Shown piece after piece: positions 43,581-53,723 of a DNA stretch of 64,000 nucleotides (position 1 is its first letter; every line of letters begins with the position of its first letter). The position numbers and the translations under genes were made by a program. The DNA is taken from the NCBI GenBank assembly GCA_050013495.1, contig JBEKFD010000001.1, positions 29,024 to 93,023 on the forward strand, written 5' to 3'. The DNA is from Terracidiphilus sp. Lineage in GTDB: Bacteria > Acidobacteriota > Terriglobia > Terriglobales > Acidobacteriaceae. The notes beneath the pieces are model-generated. The model was not told the origin of the DNA, searched no databases, and saw only the letters and a list, made by a program, of their open reading frames with translations.

Positions 43581-45551
43581 ATGATTCGTTTCCTGCAAAG
43601 AGACAGCCGTGTTGTGAAGGCATTTTTCGTGGTCATCATCGGGATGGCCTCGGTGTCGATGGTGGTATACCTGATTCCCGGACTTACCGGCCAGGGCGCA
43701 GCCGCCGCCGATACGTATGCCGTTATTTATCCCCATTGGTACAGCAAGCTGCTGTCTTCCGGCTCCACGGTGAGCCAGCAGAAGGTGGAGAAAATGGCGC
43801 GGGCGCAGTTGGCGCAGCAGCGCTATCCAGACAACCCGATGATTCTCGGGCTGTTTGAAGATCGCGTCGGCAAGCAGTTGGTTCAACAGCAGATTTTGCT
43901 GGATGAAGCAGAGAAGCTTGGCATTCGCGCCACCAACGACGACGTGCTCGCCTACCTGCAGACCGGCCAGGCCGGCGAGGTGCTCTTTCCCGGCGGCAAG
44001 TTCATCGGCGAGGACCAGTACTCCAACCTGATCGCCACGCGGTTTAACATGTCGGTGCCTGAGTTTGAAGACAACGTGAGGGACGACATCGTGATCCGGA
44101 GGCTGCAAGCGCTGATTACGGGCGGCGTGACGGTTGGCGACAAGGAAGTCAGCGAGGACTATCGCAAAGGAAACATCAAGGTGAAGTTCGACTACGCGGT
44201 GATCTCAGCGGACGAGCTGCGCAAGGGGATCAACCCTTCAGACGGCGACCTGGAGACTTTCTTCAAGAAGAACGCGGCTCGGTATGCGTCGGCGGTTCCT
44301 GAAGAGCGGAAGATCACCTACTTTGCCTTTACGCCCAACGATCTTCCGGGCGGCGTTCCGCAGCCGACGCAACAGGAGATCCAGGCATACTTCAATCAGC
44401 ACAAGGCCGAGTACTCGACGCCGGAACAGGCGCGGTCGCGGCACATCCTGATCAAGGTGGCTCCGGGCGCGGACGCCAAGACGGATGCGGCGGCGAAGGC
44501 CAAGGCGGAGGATCTTCTGAAGCAGCTCAAGGGCGGGGCCAACTTTGCCGACCTGGCTAAGAAGAACTCCGACGACCCAGGGAGCAAGGATTCCGGCGGC
44601 GAACTGCCGTTTGCCCAGCACGGCACCATGGTGCCCGAGTTCGACAAGGCGATCTTCTCGCAGAAGATCGGCGATATCGAGATTGTGAAGAGCCAGTTCG
44701 GCTATCACATCGTTCAGGTGGAAGAGCGCAAGCCGGCGCACGAGCAGGACCTGAGCGAGGTGCTGCCGACGATTCAGGCAACGCTGATCCGGCAGAAGGC
44801 GGCGGCGGCGGAAGAGAATTTTTCGCACACGCTGGCCTCGGAGGCTATGAAGGACGGCCTGGAGAAGACCGCTGCCGCGCATCATCTGGAAGTGGTGACT
44901 ACGCCGCTGATCGGCAGGCAGGGAGTGATTTCGGCGCTGCCTGACGGGGCGCAGGTGATTTCCAAGGCTTTCGAATCGAAGCAGGGCGATCCGCCGCAGG
45001 CTGCGCCCACCGGCGAGGGCTATGCGGTCTTCCAGGTCACGGGCATTCAACCGGCGCACGCGCCCAACTTTGCCGACTGGAAGACGCATGTGCTGGACGA
45101 CTATCGCGATGAGCAATTGCCGCAACTGGTGGATGCCAAGACCAAGGAACTGGCGGACAAGGCCAAGGCCTCAGGCGACCTCGCTAAGGCCGCCAAGGAC
45201 CTGGGCGCGACGGTGAAAACCAGCGACCTGGTAGGGTCTTCGGGCCAGGTTCCGGATCTGGGGCAGGTGGCGCAGGTTGCGCCGCAGTTGCTGGAACTTT
45301 CGGTGGGCGCCATCAGCGGGCCTATCAACGCAGAGCGCAATGGTGTGGTGGCAAAGATACTGGACAAGCAGGAGCCCACCGCCGATGAGATTGCGAAGAA
45401 CCTCGACCAGACGCGCGACCAGATGCTGGAGCAGCGGCGTCAGGATGCGTTCAGCATCTTTCTCAGCGGCATCATGGACGAGTACAAGAAGAAGGGGCGC
45501 ATCCGGATGAACGCCAAAGCGCAGCAGGGGCCGCAGATTCCGGGGATGTAG
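43581..45551 (+). CDS. SurA/PpiD-like peptidyl-prolyl isomerase chaperone
   Basis: N-terminal TM anchor; SurA-N region; parvulin motifs RHILI, FADLAKKNSDDPGS, MVPEF, SQFGYHI. Confidence 0.92.
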   Translation: MIRFLQRDSRVVKAFFVVIIGMASVSMVVYLIPGLTGQGAAAADTYAVIYPHWYSKLLSSGSTVSQQKVEKMARAQLAQQRYPDNPMILGLFEDRVGKQLVQQQILLDEAEKLGIRATNDDVLAYLQTGQAGEVLFPGGKFIGEDQYSNLIATRFNMSVPEFEDNVRDDIVIRRLQALITGGVTVGDKEVSEDYRKGNIKVKFDYAVISADELRKGINPSDGDLETFFKKNAARYASAVPEERKITYFAFTPNDLPGGVPQPTQQEIQAYFNQHKAEYSTPEQARSRHILIKVAPGADAKTDAAAKAKAEDLLKQLKGGANFADLAKKNSDDPGSKDSGGELPFAQHGTMVPEFDKAIFSQKIGDIEIVKSQFGYHIVQVEERKPAHEQDLSEVLPTIQATLIRQKAAAAEENFSHTLASEAMKDGLEKTAAAHHLEVVTTPLIGRQGVISALPDGAQVISKAFESKQGDPPQAAPTGEGYAVFQVTGIQPAHAPNFADWKTHVLDDYRDEQLPQLVDAKTKELADKAKASGDLAKAAKDLGATVKTSDLVGSSGQVPDLGQVAQVAPQLLELSVGAISGPINAERNGVVAKILDKQEPTADEIAKNLDQTRDQMLEQRRQDAFSIFLSGIMDEYKKKGRIRMNAKAQQGPQIPGM

Positions 45552-45575
45552 GCTTGGATTCGATTAGCCGAAATG

Positions 45576-45610
45576 AAGGGCCCGCAATCTTGATGGTTGC
45601 GGGCCTTTCT
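45576..45610. terminator. Bidirectional terminator between convergent genes
   Basis: AAGGGCCCGCAA-loop-TTGCGGGCCTTT. Confidence 0.78.
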
Positions 45611-45622
45611 GCTTGTGCGGAA

Positions 45623-48385
45623 TCATTGCGGGGTTTGCTGCCGCAAGCCGGTGGTTTGGAACGGCAGGCCGGTGACGGGCCAGTGGTCAGGCTGGGCATC
45701 CACGTTGGGCGCGATGGAGCCGCCGGGCGCGGACGCTGGGGCGACGGTGACATTCCAGCCATCGACGACGACCAGCGCGGCCTCTCCGCTGAAGGACCGG
45801 ATATCGGCTTCGATGGTGATGGTGCGGGTTTCGTTGGGAACGAGCGAGACGTAGTTGTCGCTGTAGTAGACAGGCAACACGCGTTCGCCTGAATGCGCGC
45901 GGCGCAGTTGCAAATGGGCCATGAGCGCGACGTGCGTGGTGGGATTGTGGAGCGTCACCGCGAGCAGCCCCATGTTGGCGCCTGCATCGCCGAGGGGGCC
46001 TTTGTGTTCCAGCTTGGCATCGAGCGTGACCTTAGGCATATCGCCGAGGTCGGCAAGGTCGTCGGGCTGCTCGGGGAGCGCTTGCCAGTAGAAGTTGGAT
46101 GAGATGAGCCTGCCTTCCGCGTCTTTGAGGTCGAGCTTGGTGAAATGAACCGCGGAGATTCCAGCAGCGAGTTCGACGGAGCCAAGCGTGGTTGCAGAAG
46201 ATGGAGGCGCATTCACGGGCATGTCGCGCTCGGAGGCCAGCGAGCCGTCGAGGTTGTACATGGACAAATGCGCGACCGCGCCGGCAAGAGGGTCGGGCCC
46301 ATTGTTGATCACCTGCGCTTCGTGGGTGGCTTCGTTGAGCTGGATGTGCACCAGCTCGCCGGCTTTCTTTACGGCGAAGAGCGAAGAATTCGGCTCAAGG
46401 TCGTAGTGATAAAGCTGCCACACGAAGCTGGGCTGTGCGGGGTTGCTCATCCAGGTAATGACGGCGGTGGTGGGATGGAAGAGCTGTGCGTTGCGGCCTT
46501 CGTACATGGCGCGGTAGGACTCGTAATTCATCAACTGCGCCTTGCGGACAAAGTCGGCTAGGTTGGCCACTTTTCCGTAGCGCGCCGCTAGGATGACGGG
46601 GAATTTGTCTCCGGCTGAGGCACCTTTAGCCAGGTCGTGCTCGGCCCAGTCGTCGGTGATAGTTTCCCAGTCTTTTTCGGGCATCATGCCGTGAATGGAT
46701 TCGAGCGTGGGTACGGAAACAGTACCGGTTTCAGTTTTGAAATAGTCGTCGGTGACGCGATAGAACGCGCGCGGCGTGCGCCAGAAGTAAGGGCCGCCAG
46801 AGCGCACGCCTGCGCCATCGGTGGAACTGGGCTGATAGCGCCGCGTGGGTTCGAGCTCGGCCATCAGCTTGCGCAAGGCAGCATCGATCTCCGGTGGCGG
46901 AAAGCCCTCGTTCCGGGCGCACCACAGCATGATCGCGGGGTGGTTGCGAAAGCGCAGGATCTTTTCGCGAACATTGGCGACATAGGTGTCGAGATCGGGG
47001 GGATTGGGGCCGTCACTGGGATTGGGCTGGAAGAATTCGTCCCAGATCATGATGCCGTATTTGTCGCAAAGCTCGTAGAAGTCTTCGCCGGTTGACTGGC
47101 CGACCCAATTGCGAATGAGGTTGAGATTGGCGAGCTGGTGCATGTGGATTTCGGCATCGAGGCGTTCGCGGGGGATGCGCTTGAGGGCTTCGTCCAGGCC
47201 CCAGTCGCCGCCGCGAATGAAGACGGGGACGCCGTTGACGGAGATGGTGAGCGTGTCGGTTCCGGGAACGCTGTAAGTGATTTTGCGGACGCCGAAGCTT
47301 ACGTCCTGGGCGTCGGAGACTTTCTTGCTGATTGCGAAGCTGAGGTGCAGCTTGTAGAGGTTCGGCGGGCCGTATCCGTTGGGCCACCACAGGCGGGGAT
47401 GGTCGACGTGGAGCGCGAGTGTCGTCTTAGGGTCGAAGCTGACCAATTGGGCGCTGTGCGGGGCGATTTCGACAGGCTGCTCGAAGGCGATGGGTGTGAC
47501 AACGCCGGCAAGCGCTGTCTTCCCCACTTCATCGCTGGGGCGAATCGTGCCCTGCAGCACGCCCTTGATCGGCTGATCGGTTACATTCTCGACGGTGGCT
47601 TGCACGCCGATGTCGGCGGAGTCGGTGCGCGGCAGAGGAAGGTCGGTGGTGACGAGCGGGTTCTTCACCACGACGGGGCCGGTGGCGGAGAGGAACACCT
47701 TTTGCCAGATGCCGGTGTCGCGGTCGCGGATGGCGGGAATCCAATCCCAGCCGATGGTGCAAAGGAAGGTGGGGCCGTCGAGCGCGGTCTCGCCGCCGTT
47801 CCCTCCCATTCCGTTGGTCAAAGTGTGTTCGTGGGGAATGCCGGGGTGGGGCTGCGGCGCCACCAGCACGGCGAGGACGGCTTGCTTGCCGGGAGTGACG
47901 TTGGCAGTGATGTCGAAGATGCCGCGGACGAATGCGCCGCGCGTGGCGCCGACCTGGACTCCGTTGACCCAGACGGTAGAGGCGAAATTGATGCCGTCGA
48001 AGTTGAGCCAGATGCGCTGGCCGGCGTAGGCCTTTGGAACATTGAGAAGCGTGCGGTACCACCAGGAGGTCTTGTTCAGGCTCTCCGGGATGTTTTCAGG
48101 CCGATTGTTCTCACCGTAGAGCGGCTCGGGATAGATCTTGTTGTTGACTAGCGTGGTGAGCACGGTTCCGGGAACGGTGGCTGCGTACCAGCCCGCGGTG
48201 TTGAATGCGGCTGCGGAGACTTCGGCGCCGGTTTGCGGGACTTTGGAAGCGTCCTGCAACTGCCAGCCGGAAGATACGGGCATGGGCGCGGGCAGGGTGA
48301 ATTGAGCCGATGCAGCTATTGAGGGCAGAAGGGCTGATATCGATACCAGAGCAAGAAGAATTGGACGTGCGCTACGGATTTGCAA
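45623..48385 (-). CDS. GH2 glycoside hydrolase (beta-mannosidase / exo-beta-glucosaminidase-like)
   Basis: VPGTVL, FDGIN, GWDWIP, WWPNGYG, RNHPAIMLWCARNE; TTG start with GAGG RBS; signal peptide ASA|Q. Confidence 0.9.
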   Translation of the reverse strand: MQIRSARPILLALVSISALLPSIAASAQFTLPAPMPVSSGWQLQDASKVPQTGAEVSAAAFNTAGWYAATVPGTVLTTLVNNKIYPEPLYGENNRPENIPESLNKTSWWYRTLLNVPKAYAGQRIWLNFDGINFASTVWVNGVQVGATRGAFVRGIFDITANVTPGKQAVLAVLVAPQPHPGIPHEHTLTNGMGGNGGETALDGPTFLCTIGWDWIPAIRDRDTGIWQKVFLSATGPVVVKNPLVTTDLPLPRTDSADIGVQATVENVTDQPIKGVLQGTIRPSDEVGKTALAGVVTPIAFEQPVEIAPHSAQLVSFDPKTTLALHVDHPRLWWPNGYGPPNLYKLHLSFAISKKVSDAQDVSFGVRKITYSVPGTDTLTISVNGVPVFIRGGDWGLDEALKRIPRERLDAEIHMHQLANLNLIRNWVGQSTGEDFYELCDKYGIMIWDEFFQPNPSDGPNPPDLDTYVANVREKILRFRNHPAIMLWCARNEGFPPPEIDAALRKLMAELEPTRRYQPSSTDGAGVRSGGPYFWRTPRAFYRVTDDYFKTETGTVSVPTLESIHGMMPEKDWETITDDWAEHDLAKGASAGDKFPVILAARYGKVANLADFVRKAQLMNYESYRAMYEGRNAQLFHPTTAVITWMSNPAQPSFVWQLYHYDLEPNSSLFAVKKAGELVHIQLNEATHEAQVINNGPDPLAGAVAHLSMYNLDGSLASERDMPVNAPPSSATTLGSVELAAGISAVHFTKLDLKDAEGRLISSNFYWQALPEQPDDLADLGDMPKVTLDAKLEHKGPLGDAGANMGLLAVTLHNPTTHVALMAHLQLRRAHSGERVLPVYYSDNYVSLVPNETRTITIEADIRSFSGEAALVVVDGWNVTVAPASAPGGSIAPNVDAQPDHWPVTGLPFQTTGLRQQTPQ

Positions 48386-48505
48386 GGGAGTATTTCCTCG
48401 GTTTTTCTGGAAGGCCGTGCGGCAGCCTCCGCGGGACACACGGATTATAACCGCCTTGAGCCTGTGGCATCGCCGATGCCGAGCAGTGCATTGGATAATG
48501 GAGTT

Positions 48506-50041
48506 ATGGAATTCTCGCGATCGTCCGGCGTTCTTCTGCATGTGAGTTCACTGCCTTCGTATGGGGGAATCGGCGACCTGGGCCCTGCGGTCTATGAGTT
48601 TGTCGCATTTCTTGCCGCGGCCAAGCAGCATGTTTGGCAGGTTCTGCCGCTCTGCCCAACGGGATTTGGCAACTCGCCCTATGCGGGTTCGTCGGCGTTT
48701 GCGGGCAATCCGTTCCTGATTAGCCTCGAGATTCTGGCCGGCTGGGGATGGATCGCGGGCGAGCGGATCGCGGGGCTGGCAGGGCGTGGCGGTAACGTTG
48801 ATTTCAACGAGGTGGAGACGCGCAAGCTGCCGCTGCTTGAGGAGGCTGCGGGGAACTTTCTTGACCGCGGGCCGCACGATGCGAAGCTGGCGGGGCAATG
48901 GGCGGAGTTCGAAGAGTTCTGCAAGGCAGAGACCGGCTGGCTGGTCGATTACGCCTTCTACGCGGTGTTGCGAAGGGAATACAACACCGGCGCGTGGACC
49001 GCTTGGCCCGAACCGCTGCGCAAGCGGCGGCCGGAGGCGCTGGCGCAGATTGCGCAGCAGCATGGTCGGGCGCTTGCGCGGGAACAAGTGCTGCAGTTTG
49101 CCTTTGCCAAGCAGTGGAAGGACCTGCGCACGGCGGCGGCGGCGTATGGGATTCGCATCCTGGGCGATGTGGCGATCTTCGTGAACATGGATTCAGCGGA
49201 TGTGTGGGTGCACCCGGAGATCTTCGAGCTTGACGAGGAGCTGAAGCCGATGCGCGTCGCCGGCGTGCCTCCGGATTATTTTTCGCCAACGGGGCAGCGG
49301 TGGGGCAATCCGCTTTACAAGTGGGATGTGCTGGAGGAGAGTGGCTTCGACTGGTGGGTAGAGCGGATTCGCCGTGCCTGCGCGCTCTACGACATTGTGC
49401 GGCTAGACCACTTCCGCGGTTTCGAGGCGTACTGGGCGATTCCGGCGGAAGAAGCGACAGCTATCAATGGCGCCTGGATCAAAGCGCCGGGGTTGAAGCT
49501 TTTCAAGGCGCTTGAGGCGGCGCTGGGACCGCTGCCGCTGGTGGCCGAGGATCTGGGAATCATTACGCCTGAAGTGGAGGCGCTACGGGTGGAGATGCAG
49601 ATGCCGGGAATGAAGGTGATCCAGTTTGGTTTCAGCGACAAGAGCGCGCACATGCACCTGCCACAGCAGTACACGCCAGGCACCGTGGCGTATACCGGCA
49701 CGCACGATAACGACACCACGCAGGGTTGGTGGAACACGGCCAACACGGGGACGAGGAATTCAGTCGAGGCGCTGGTTGGGCCGGTTGGTGGGCGTCCGGT
49801 GTGGCCGCTGATCCGCGCTACCGAGGGGAGTGTGGCGGAACTGGCCGTGGTTCCTGCGCAGGATTTGCTGGAACTGGGCTCGGAGGGTCGCATGAATACG
49901 CCGGCGGTGGGTGCGGGGAATTGGGGCTGGCGCGCGCCGGAAGGAAGCTGGAAGAAGGAGATTGCTGAGAGGCTGGCGGGGATCGCCGAGGTGACGGATC
50001 GGGAGAACGATCCGCTGGCGAGGCCCGTGGACGAGTCTTAG
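48506..50041 (+). CDS. malQ: 4-alpha-glucanotransferase (GH77)
   Basis: RSSGVLLH, WQVLP, GVPPDYFS, RLDHFRGF, AEDLG, YTGTHDND. Confidence 0.96.
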   Translation: MEFSRSSGVLLHVSSLPSYGGIGDLGPAVYEFVAFLAAAKQHVWQVLPLCPTGFGNSPYAGSSAFAGNPFLISLEILAGWGWIAGERIAGLAGRGGNVDFNEVETRKLPLLEEAAGNFLDRGPHDAKLAGQWAEFEEFCKAETGWLVDYAFYAVLRREYNTGAWTAWPEPLRKRRPEALAQIAQQHGRALAREQVLQFAFAKQWKDLRTAAAAYGIRILGDVAIFVNMDSADVWVHPEIFELDEELKPMRVAGVPPDYFSPTGQRWGNPLYKWDVLEESGFDWWVERIRRACALYDIVRLDHFRGFEAYWAIPAEEATAINGAWIKAPGLKLFKALEAALGPLPLVAEDLGIITPEVEALRVEMQMPGMKVIQFGFSDKSAHMHLPQQYTPGTVAYTGTHDNDTTQGWWNTANTGTRNSVEALVGPVGGRPVWPLIRATEGSVAELAVVPAQDLLELGSEGRMNTPAVGAGNWGWRAPEGSWKKEIAERLAGIAEVTDRENDPLARPVDES

Positions 50042-50060
50042 CCGGTGGGAAGGATTTTGC

Positions 50061-50153
50061 ATCCCCTCGGCGGCTAAAGCCGGAAGTCAAAATTCAAACT
50101 GAATGTACGGGCTGAAGCCCGTACCCTTCAAGCTTAAGCCCGTGCCCTTCAAG
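50061..50153 (+). repeat. REP-like cluster, family 2 (GGCTAAAGCC / GTACGGGCTGAAGCCCGTAC)
   Basis: Hairpins CGGCTAAAGCCG and GTACGGGCTGAAGCCCGTAC, then a duplicated AAGCCCGT(A/G)CCCTTCAAG. Confidence 0.75.
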
Positions 50154-50215
50154 ATCAGGCCCAATCCTGCAGGGTTAGGCCCGAACCTCAACACACAAAG
50201 TTTTTTGTCAAGCTC

Positions 50216-50770
50216 TTAGAACCAGCTGCGCGGAAACTCGTAGACCTGCAGCATCTTGTCGATCAGCGCGCGGGCTTCGTCTTCGGTAACTCCCTTGGCA
50301 AAGCTCTCCGACCGGTTGTTGGCTTCGAAGCGGATGCGGCTGGAGTTCGGGTTCAGGACGGACTGTTGCGTGATCACGCGCGTGTGGGGAATGAATCGCA
50401 TGCGATTGATCTCGTTGGTGTGGAAGGTGCGCGTAGTCAACGCGACTCCGAACACGCTGCTCTCGATTTTCACCTCGGGAGGATTCAGCGTGACGACCGT
50501 CTTGCCGGTCAGGGTCCATGCCAGCCAGCAAACGAAGTAGAGAAACCCAACTATGTAGATTCCGATGGCGATCTGCTGCAGGTCGAAGTTCGTATCTTCG
50601 GGGTGGGGGCCTGCCAGCAGGTTCCAGTAGCGAACGGTGGCCAGGATCAGCCAGATCGCAACCAGCGGCCCATAGATGGCGGCAAACGGACCGCGGCGCA
50701 CCGGGATGGCGATGCGGATTCCCTGCTCCGCCTTCTCAAACGTGATTCTGCCTTCCAGCGTCTCGTACAT
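50216..50770 (-). CDS. Membrane hypothetical protein (2 TM plus small beta domain)
   Basis: AAGGAG RBS; two hydrophobic helices. Confidence 0.75.
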   Translation of the reverse strand: MYETLEGRITFEKAEQGIRIAIPVRRGPFAAIYGPLVAIWLILATVRYWNLLAGPHPEDTNFDLQQIAIGIYIVGFLYFVCWLAWTLTGKTVVTLNPPEVKIESSVFGVALTTRTFHTNEINRMRFIPHTRVITQQSVLNPNSSRIRFEANNRSESFAKGVTEDEARALIDKMLQVYEFPRSWF

Positions 50771-50890
50771 TGGACAGGCTCCTTGCCTAGAGATAGTAGC
50801 GCGCTCTACACTGGGGCGGCCACTGATAAAGCCGAACGCGCCTCAAAGGTATAAAGAGCGCGCCTGTTCTGGCTCCGGGTTGAATTTTTC

Positions 50891-52801
50891 ATGCCGCGTC
50901 ACCGCCTCTTGCAAGCCGCTTCATTCCGTTTTTCCGTTTTTGGCGTGGCGTTGATCGCCGCGCTTTGCGGTCCTGGTCGCGTGTGCGCACAGAGCGCCAG
51001 CATTTTCCGCAACACCGATCCGTCGGTGGCTTATGTGGGCTCGAAGACCTGCGGCGAGGCCGGCTGTCATGCGGAGATCAACCGCGAGTATTTACCTTCG
51101 CCGCATGGGCAGTCGATGACGCTGGCCAACATCCCCAGCGACCTGGCGCGCGTGCACAAGCCGGTCGCTGTTTTCAATCCCAAGAACAATCGCTATTACA
51201 CCGTCTACCAGCAAAATGGCGATCTCTATCAGAGCGCCTATGAACTGGATAAGAATGGGCGCAGGATTTACGACATCGCTCACAAGATCGACTATGTGGC
51301 GGGCGGCGAGAGCGTCGGCTACAGCTATTTGTTTCAGGTTGGACCATGGATAATGCAGGCGCCGCTGAGCTACTACGCGCATTCGAAGACCTGGGAGTTG
51401 TCGCCGGGATATGTGGCCGACGATGTGGGTTTTACGCGGGTCATGACGACCGGTTGCCTGCTCTGCCACAATGGCGAACCGGACCCGGTGGCCAAGCGTG
51501 ACGGCATGTTCAAGGACCCGCCGTTCCGGTTCGGCGAACTGGGAGTAAGCTGCGAGACTTGCCATGGGCCGGGCGCGCTGCATGTGAAAGAGATGGAGGC
51601 TCAAAGGGCGAGTAAACAGGCGCGCGTGCTGGATGCACACGAGGTCGATACGTCGATTGTGAATCCGGCAAAGATCCCACGGCGCCTAGCCGACGACCTT
51701 TGCCAGGAGTGCCACCAGGCGGGCGATGCGCAGGTGATTTATCCGGGCAAGTCGGTGCTCGATTACCGGCCGGGAACTCCGCTGGCCGACACGATTGCGA
51801 TTGTGAAGCGCCCCATCAAGCCAGAGCAGCGGGAAGAGGCCAATCGCCTGGAAACCAATCCGCCGATTCGCGGCAGCCTGGAACAGCCGCTGTGGTGGAA
51901 GAACTCCACGCTGGAACTGAGCCGGTGCTACCAGGCCAGCCATGGACAACTGACCTGCTCTACCTGCCACTCGATCCATCACCCCCCCAATCCCGGGGAA
52001 GAGAAGGCGGCCTATCGCGCGGCGTGCCTTACCTGCCACACGGTGCAGAGCTGCACGTTAAAACCGGAAGCCCCGAAGCGCGTTGCGGCGGCCGACTACT
52101 GTATCGAGTGCCACATGGAGAAGCGCCCGGTGGCCGGCATTGCCCACTCGAATGACACCAAGCATCGCATTGTCCGTTATCCAGGACAGCCGCTGCCGGA
52201 GGTCGCGTTCGAGCAGCCGCCGCCGGACCTGCCGGGCCTGCTGTGGATGAACCGGCCCACGTCCGAGCCGGACCCGCGGATGCCGGACTTGGCGCAGCTT
52301 GAAGCATATTTCACGGCAGCGCGAAAGGATCCGAGTTTGTGGCCGCTGTGGTTCAGAAAACTGAGTGGGCTGAGCAAGACGGAGCCCGACGATCCGACTG
52401 TGCTGGCGTCGCTGGGCGCGGTCGCACTCGCGCAGGAAAAAGACAACGCCAAGGCTGCCCAGGATTTCGCGCTGGCGATCAAGAACGGGTCGGAGGAGCC
52501 GATCACATTTCTGAATCTAGCCACGGCATTGGAAAACCTGGGACGTGGGACGCAGGCAGAGGGAGTGCTGGAGCGAGGCGTGGCGGCTTATCCGTACAAC
52601 GGGCTGCTGACGGCGAGGCTCGCGCAGCAGTACGCGATGGATGGGCAGACGGATCGGGCGCGCAAGCTGGTGGAGAAATACCGCGCGGTGTTTCCGGAGG
52701 ACACAAATGTGCGCGAGGTGGAGAAGCATTTGGAGGGTGCCGCGAAGGTCGATCCGCTGACGGCGCCAGGGCGTTCGGCGCCGATCGCGGCGCCGAGATA
52801 G
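50891..52801 (+). CDS. Multiheme c-type cytochrome with C-terminal TPR repeats
   Basis: CX4CH (CGEAGCH) plus six CXXCH (CLLCH, CETCH, CQECH, CSTCH, CLTCH, CIECH); TPR-like tail; signal peptide VCA|Q. Confidence 0.88.
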   Translation: MPRHRLLQAASFRFSVFGVALIAALCGPGRVCAQSASIFRNTDPSVAYVGSKTCGEAGCHAEINREYLPSPHGQSMTLANIPSDLARVHKPVAVFNPKNNRYYTVYQQNGDLYQSAYELDKNGRRIYDIAHKIDYVAGGESVGYSYLFQVGPWIMQAPLSYYAHSKTWELSPGYVADDVGFTRVMTTGCLLCHNGEPDPVAKRDGMFKDPPFRFGELGVSCETCHGPGALHVKEMEAQRASKQARVLDAHEVDTSIVNPAKIPRRLADDLCQECHQAGDAQVIYPGKSVLDYRPGTPLADTIAIVKRPIKPEQREEANRLETNPPIRGSLEQPLWWKNSTLELSRCYQASHGQLTCSTCHSIHHPPNPGEEKAAYRAACLTCHTVQSCTLKPEAPKRVAAADYCIECHMEKRPVAGIAHSNDTKHRIVRYPGQPLPEVAFEQPPPDLPGLLWMNRPTSEPDPRMPDLAQLEAYFTAARKDPSLWPLWFRKLSGLSKTEPDDPTVLASLGAVALAQEKDNAKAAQDFALAIKNGSEEPITFLNLATALENLGRGTQAEGVLERGVAAYPYNGLLTARLAQQYAMDGQTDRARKLVEKYRAVFPEDTNVREVEKHLEGAAKVDPLTAPGRSAPIAAPR

Positions 52802-52808
52802 GTCCAAA

Positions 52809-52853
52809 CCCACCCAAGCGACAAAAACAAGAACGTCGCTAGGATGGGGCACC
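52809..52853 (+). repeat. REP-like palindrome, family 1
   Basis: CCCACCC-AAGCGAC-loop-GTCGCT-AGGATGGGGCACC. Confidence 0.8.
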
Positions 52854-52928
52854 GGCGTTGTGGATTTGGGTGTACCGATGGGCTGAGCCCTTTGTTCCTA
52901 TAAGCAAATATTGTTATCCTTGCGGCAC

Positions 52929-53723
52929 ATGGAAACTGCCGCAATTCAAACGCATGGACTGACGAGGCGCTTTGGCGCGCTGACTGCTGTGGAGGATGTC
53001 ACGCTGAGCGTGGCGCCGGGACAGTTTTTCGGTTTTCTGGGACCGAACGGGGCTGGGAAGTCGACCACCATTAAAATGCTGACCGGGTTGCTGGAGCCGA
53101 CCGCGGGGACGGTGGAGATTCTGGGCCAGCCATTCGGGGCCGGGGCGCTGGATTTGAAGCGCCAGATTGGCGTTGTTCCCGAAGGAATGGCGCTGATGGG
53201 GCGGCTGACGGCGACCGAGTATCTGCACTTTGTGGGCCGCATGTACGGCCTGGACCGCCAGACGACCAACCTGCGCACCCAGGAATTGCTGGACTTTATG
53301 CAGTTGGCAGATGAGAACAAGAAGCTGGTGACGGACTTTTCGCACGGCATGCAAAAGAAGCTGGCGCTGGCCGCCGCCGTGATTCATGGGCCCAAGGTGC
53401 TTTTTCTGGATGAGCCATTCGAGGGTGTTGACGCCATTGCGGCGGGGATGCTCAAGAACATGCTGACGGGGATGATCAATCGCGGGGCAACCATTTTTTT
53501 GACTACCCACGTGCTGGAAATTGTGGAGCGGCTGTGCAGCCACGTGGCCATCATAAGCAAAGGGCGGCTAGTGGCGAATGGCTCGCTCGAGGAGTTGCGG
53601 GCCGGCGTGGCTTCAACGCTGCCGGGGGCCGAGCAGGAACAGCGGCTGACGCTCGAAGAGATATTCCTTGCGATTGTAGGCGGCGTGCAAGAGAGCACGC
53701 AGGAGCTGACATGGCTGACCTAG
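52929..53723 (+). CDS. ABC transporter ATP-binding protein
   Basis: GPNGAGKST, FSHGM, FLDEP, TTH. Confidence 0.95.
   Translation: METAAIQTHGLTRRFGALTAVEDVTLSVAPGQFFGFLGPNGAGKSTTIKMLTGLLEPTAGTVEILGQPFGAGALDLKRQIGVVPEGMALMGRLTATEYLHFVGRMYGLDRQTTNLRTQELLDFMQLADENKKLVTDFSHGMQKKLALAAAVIHGPKVLFLDEPFEGVDAIAAGMLKNMLTGMINRGATIFLTTHVLEIVERLCSHVAIISKGRLVANGSLEELRAGVASTLPGAEQEQRLTLEEIFLAIVGGVQESTQELTWLT

Noticed and set aside
50061-50153. Repeats as a possible mini-CRISPR
   Set aside because: No regular repeat-spacer periodicity and no cas genes; fits REP-type hairpins.
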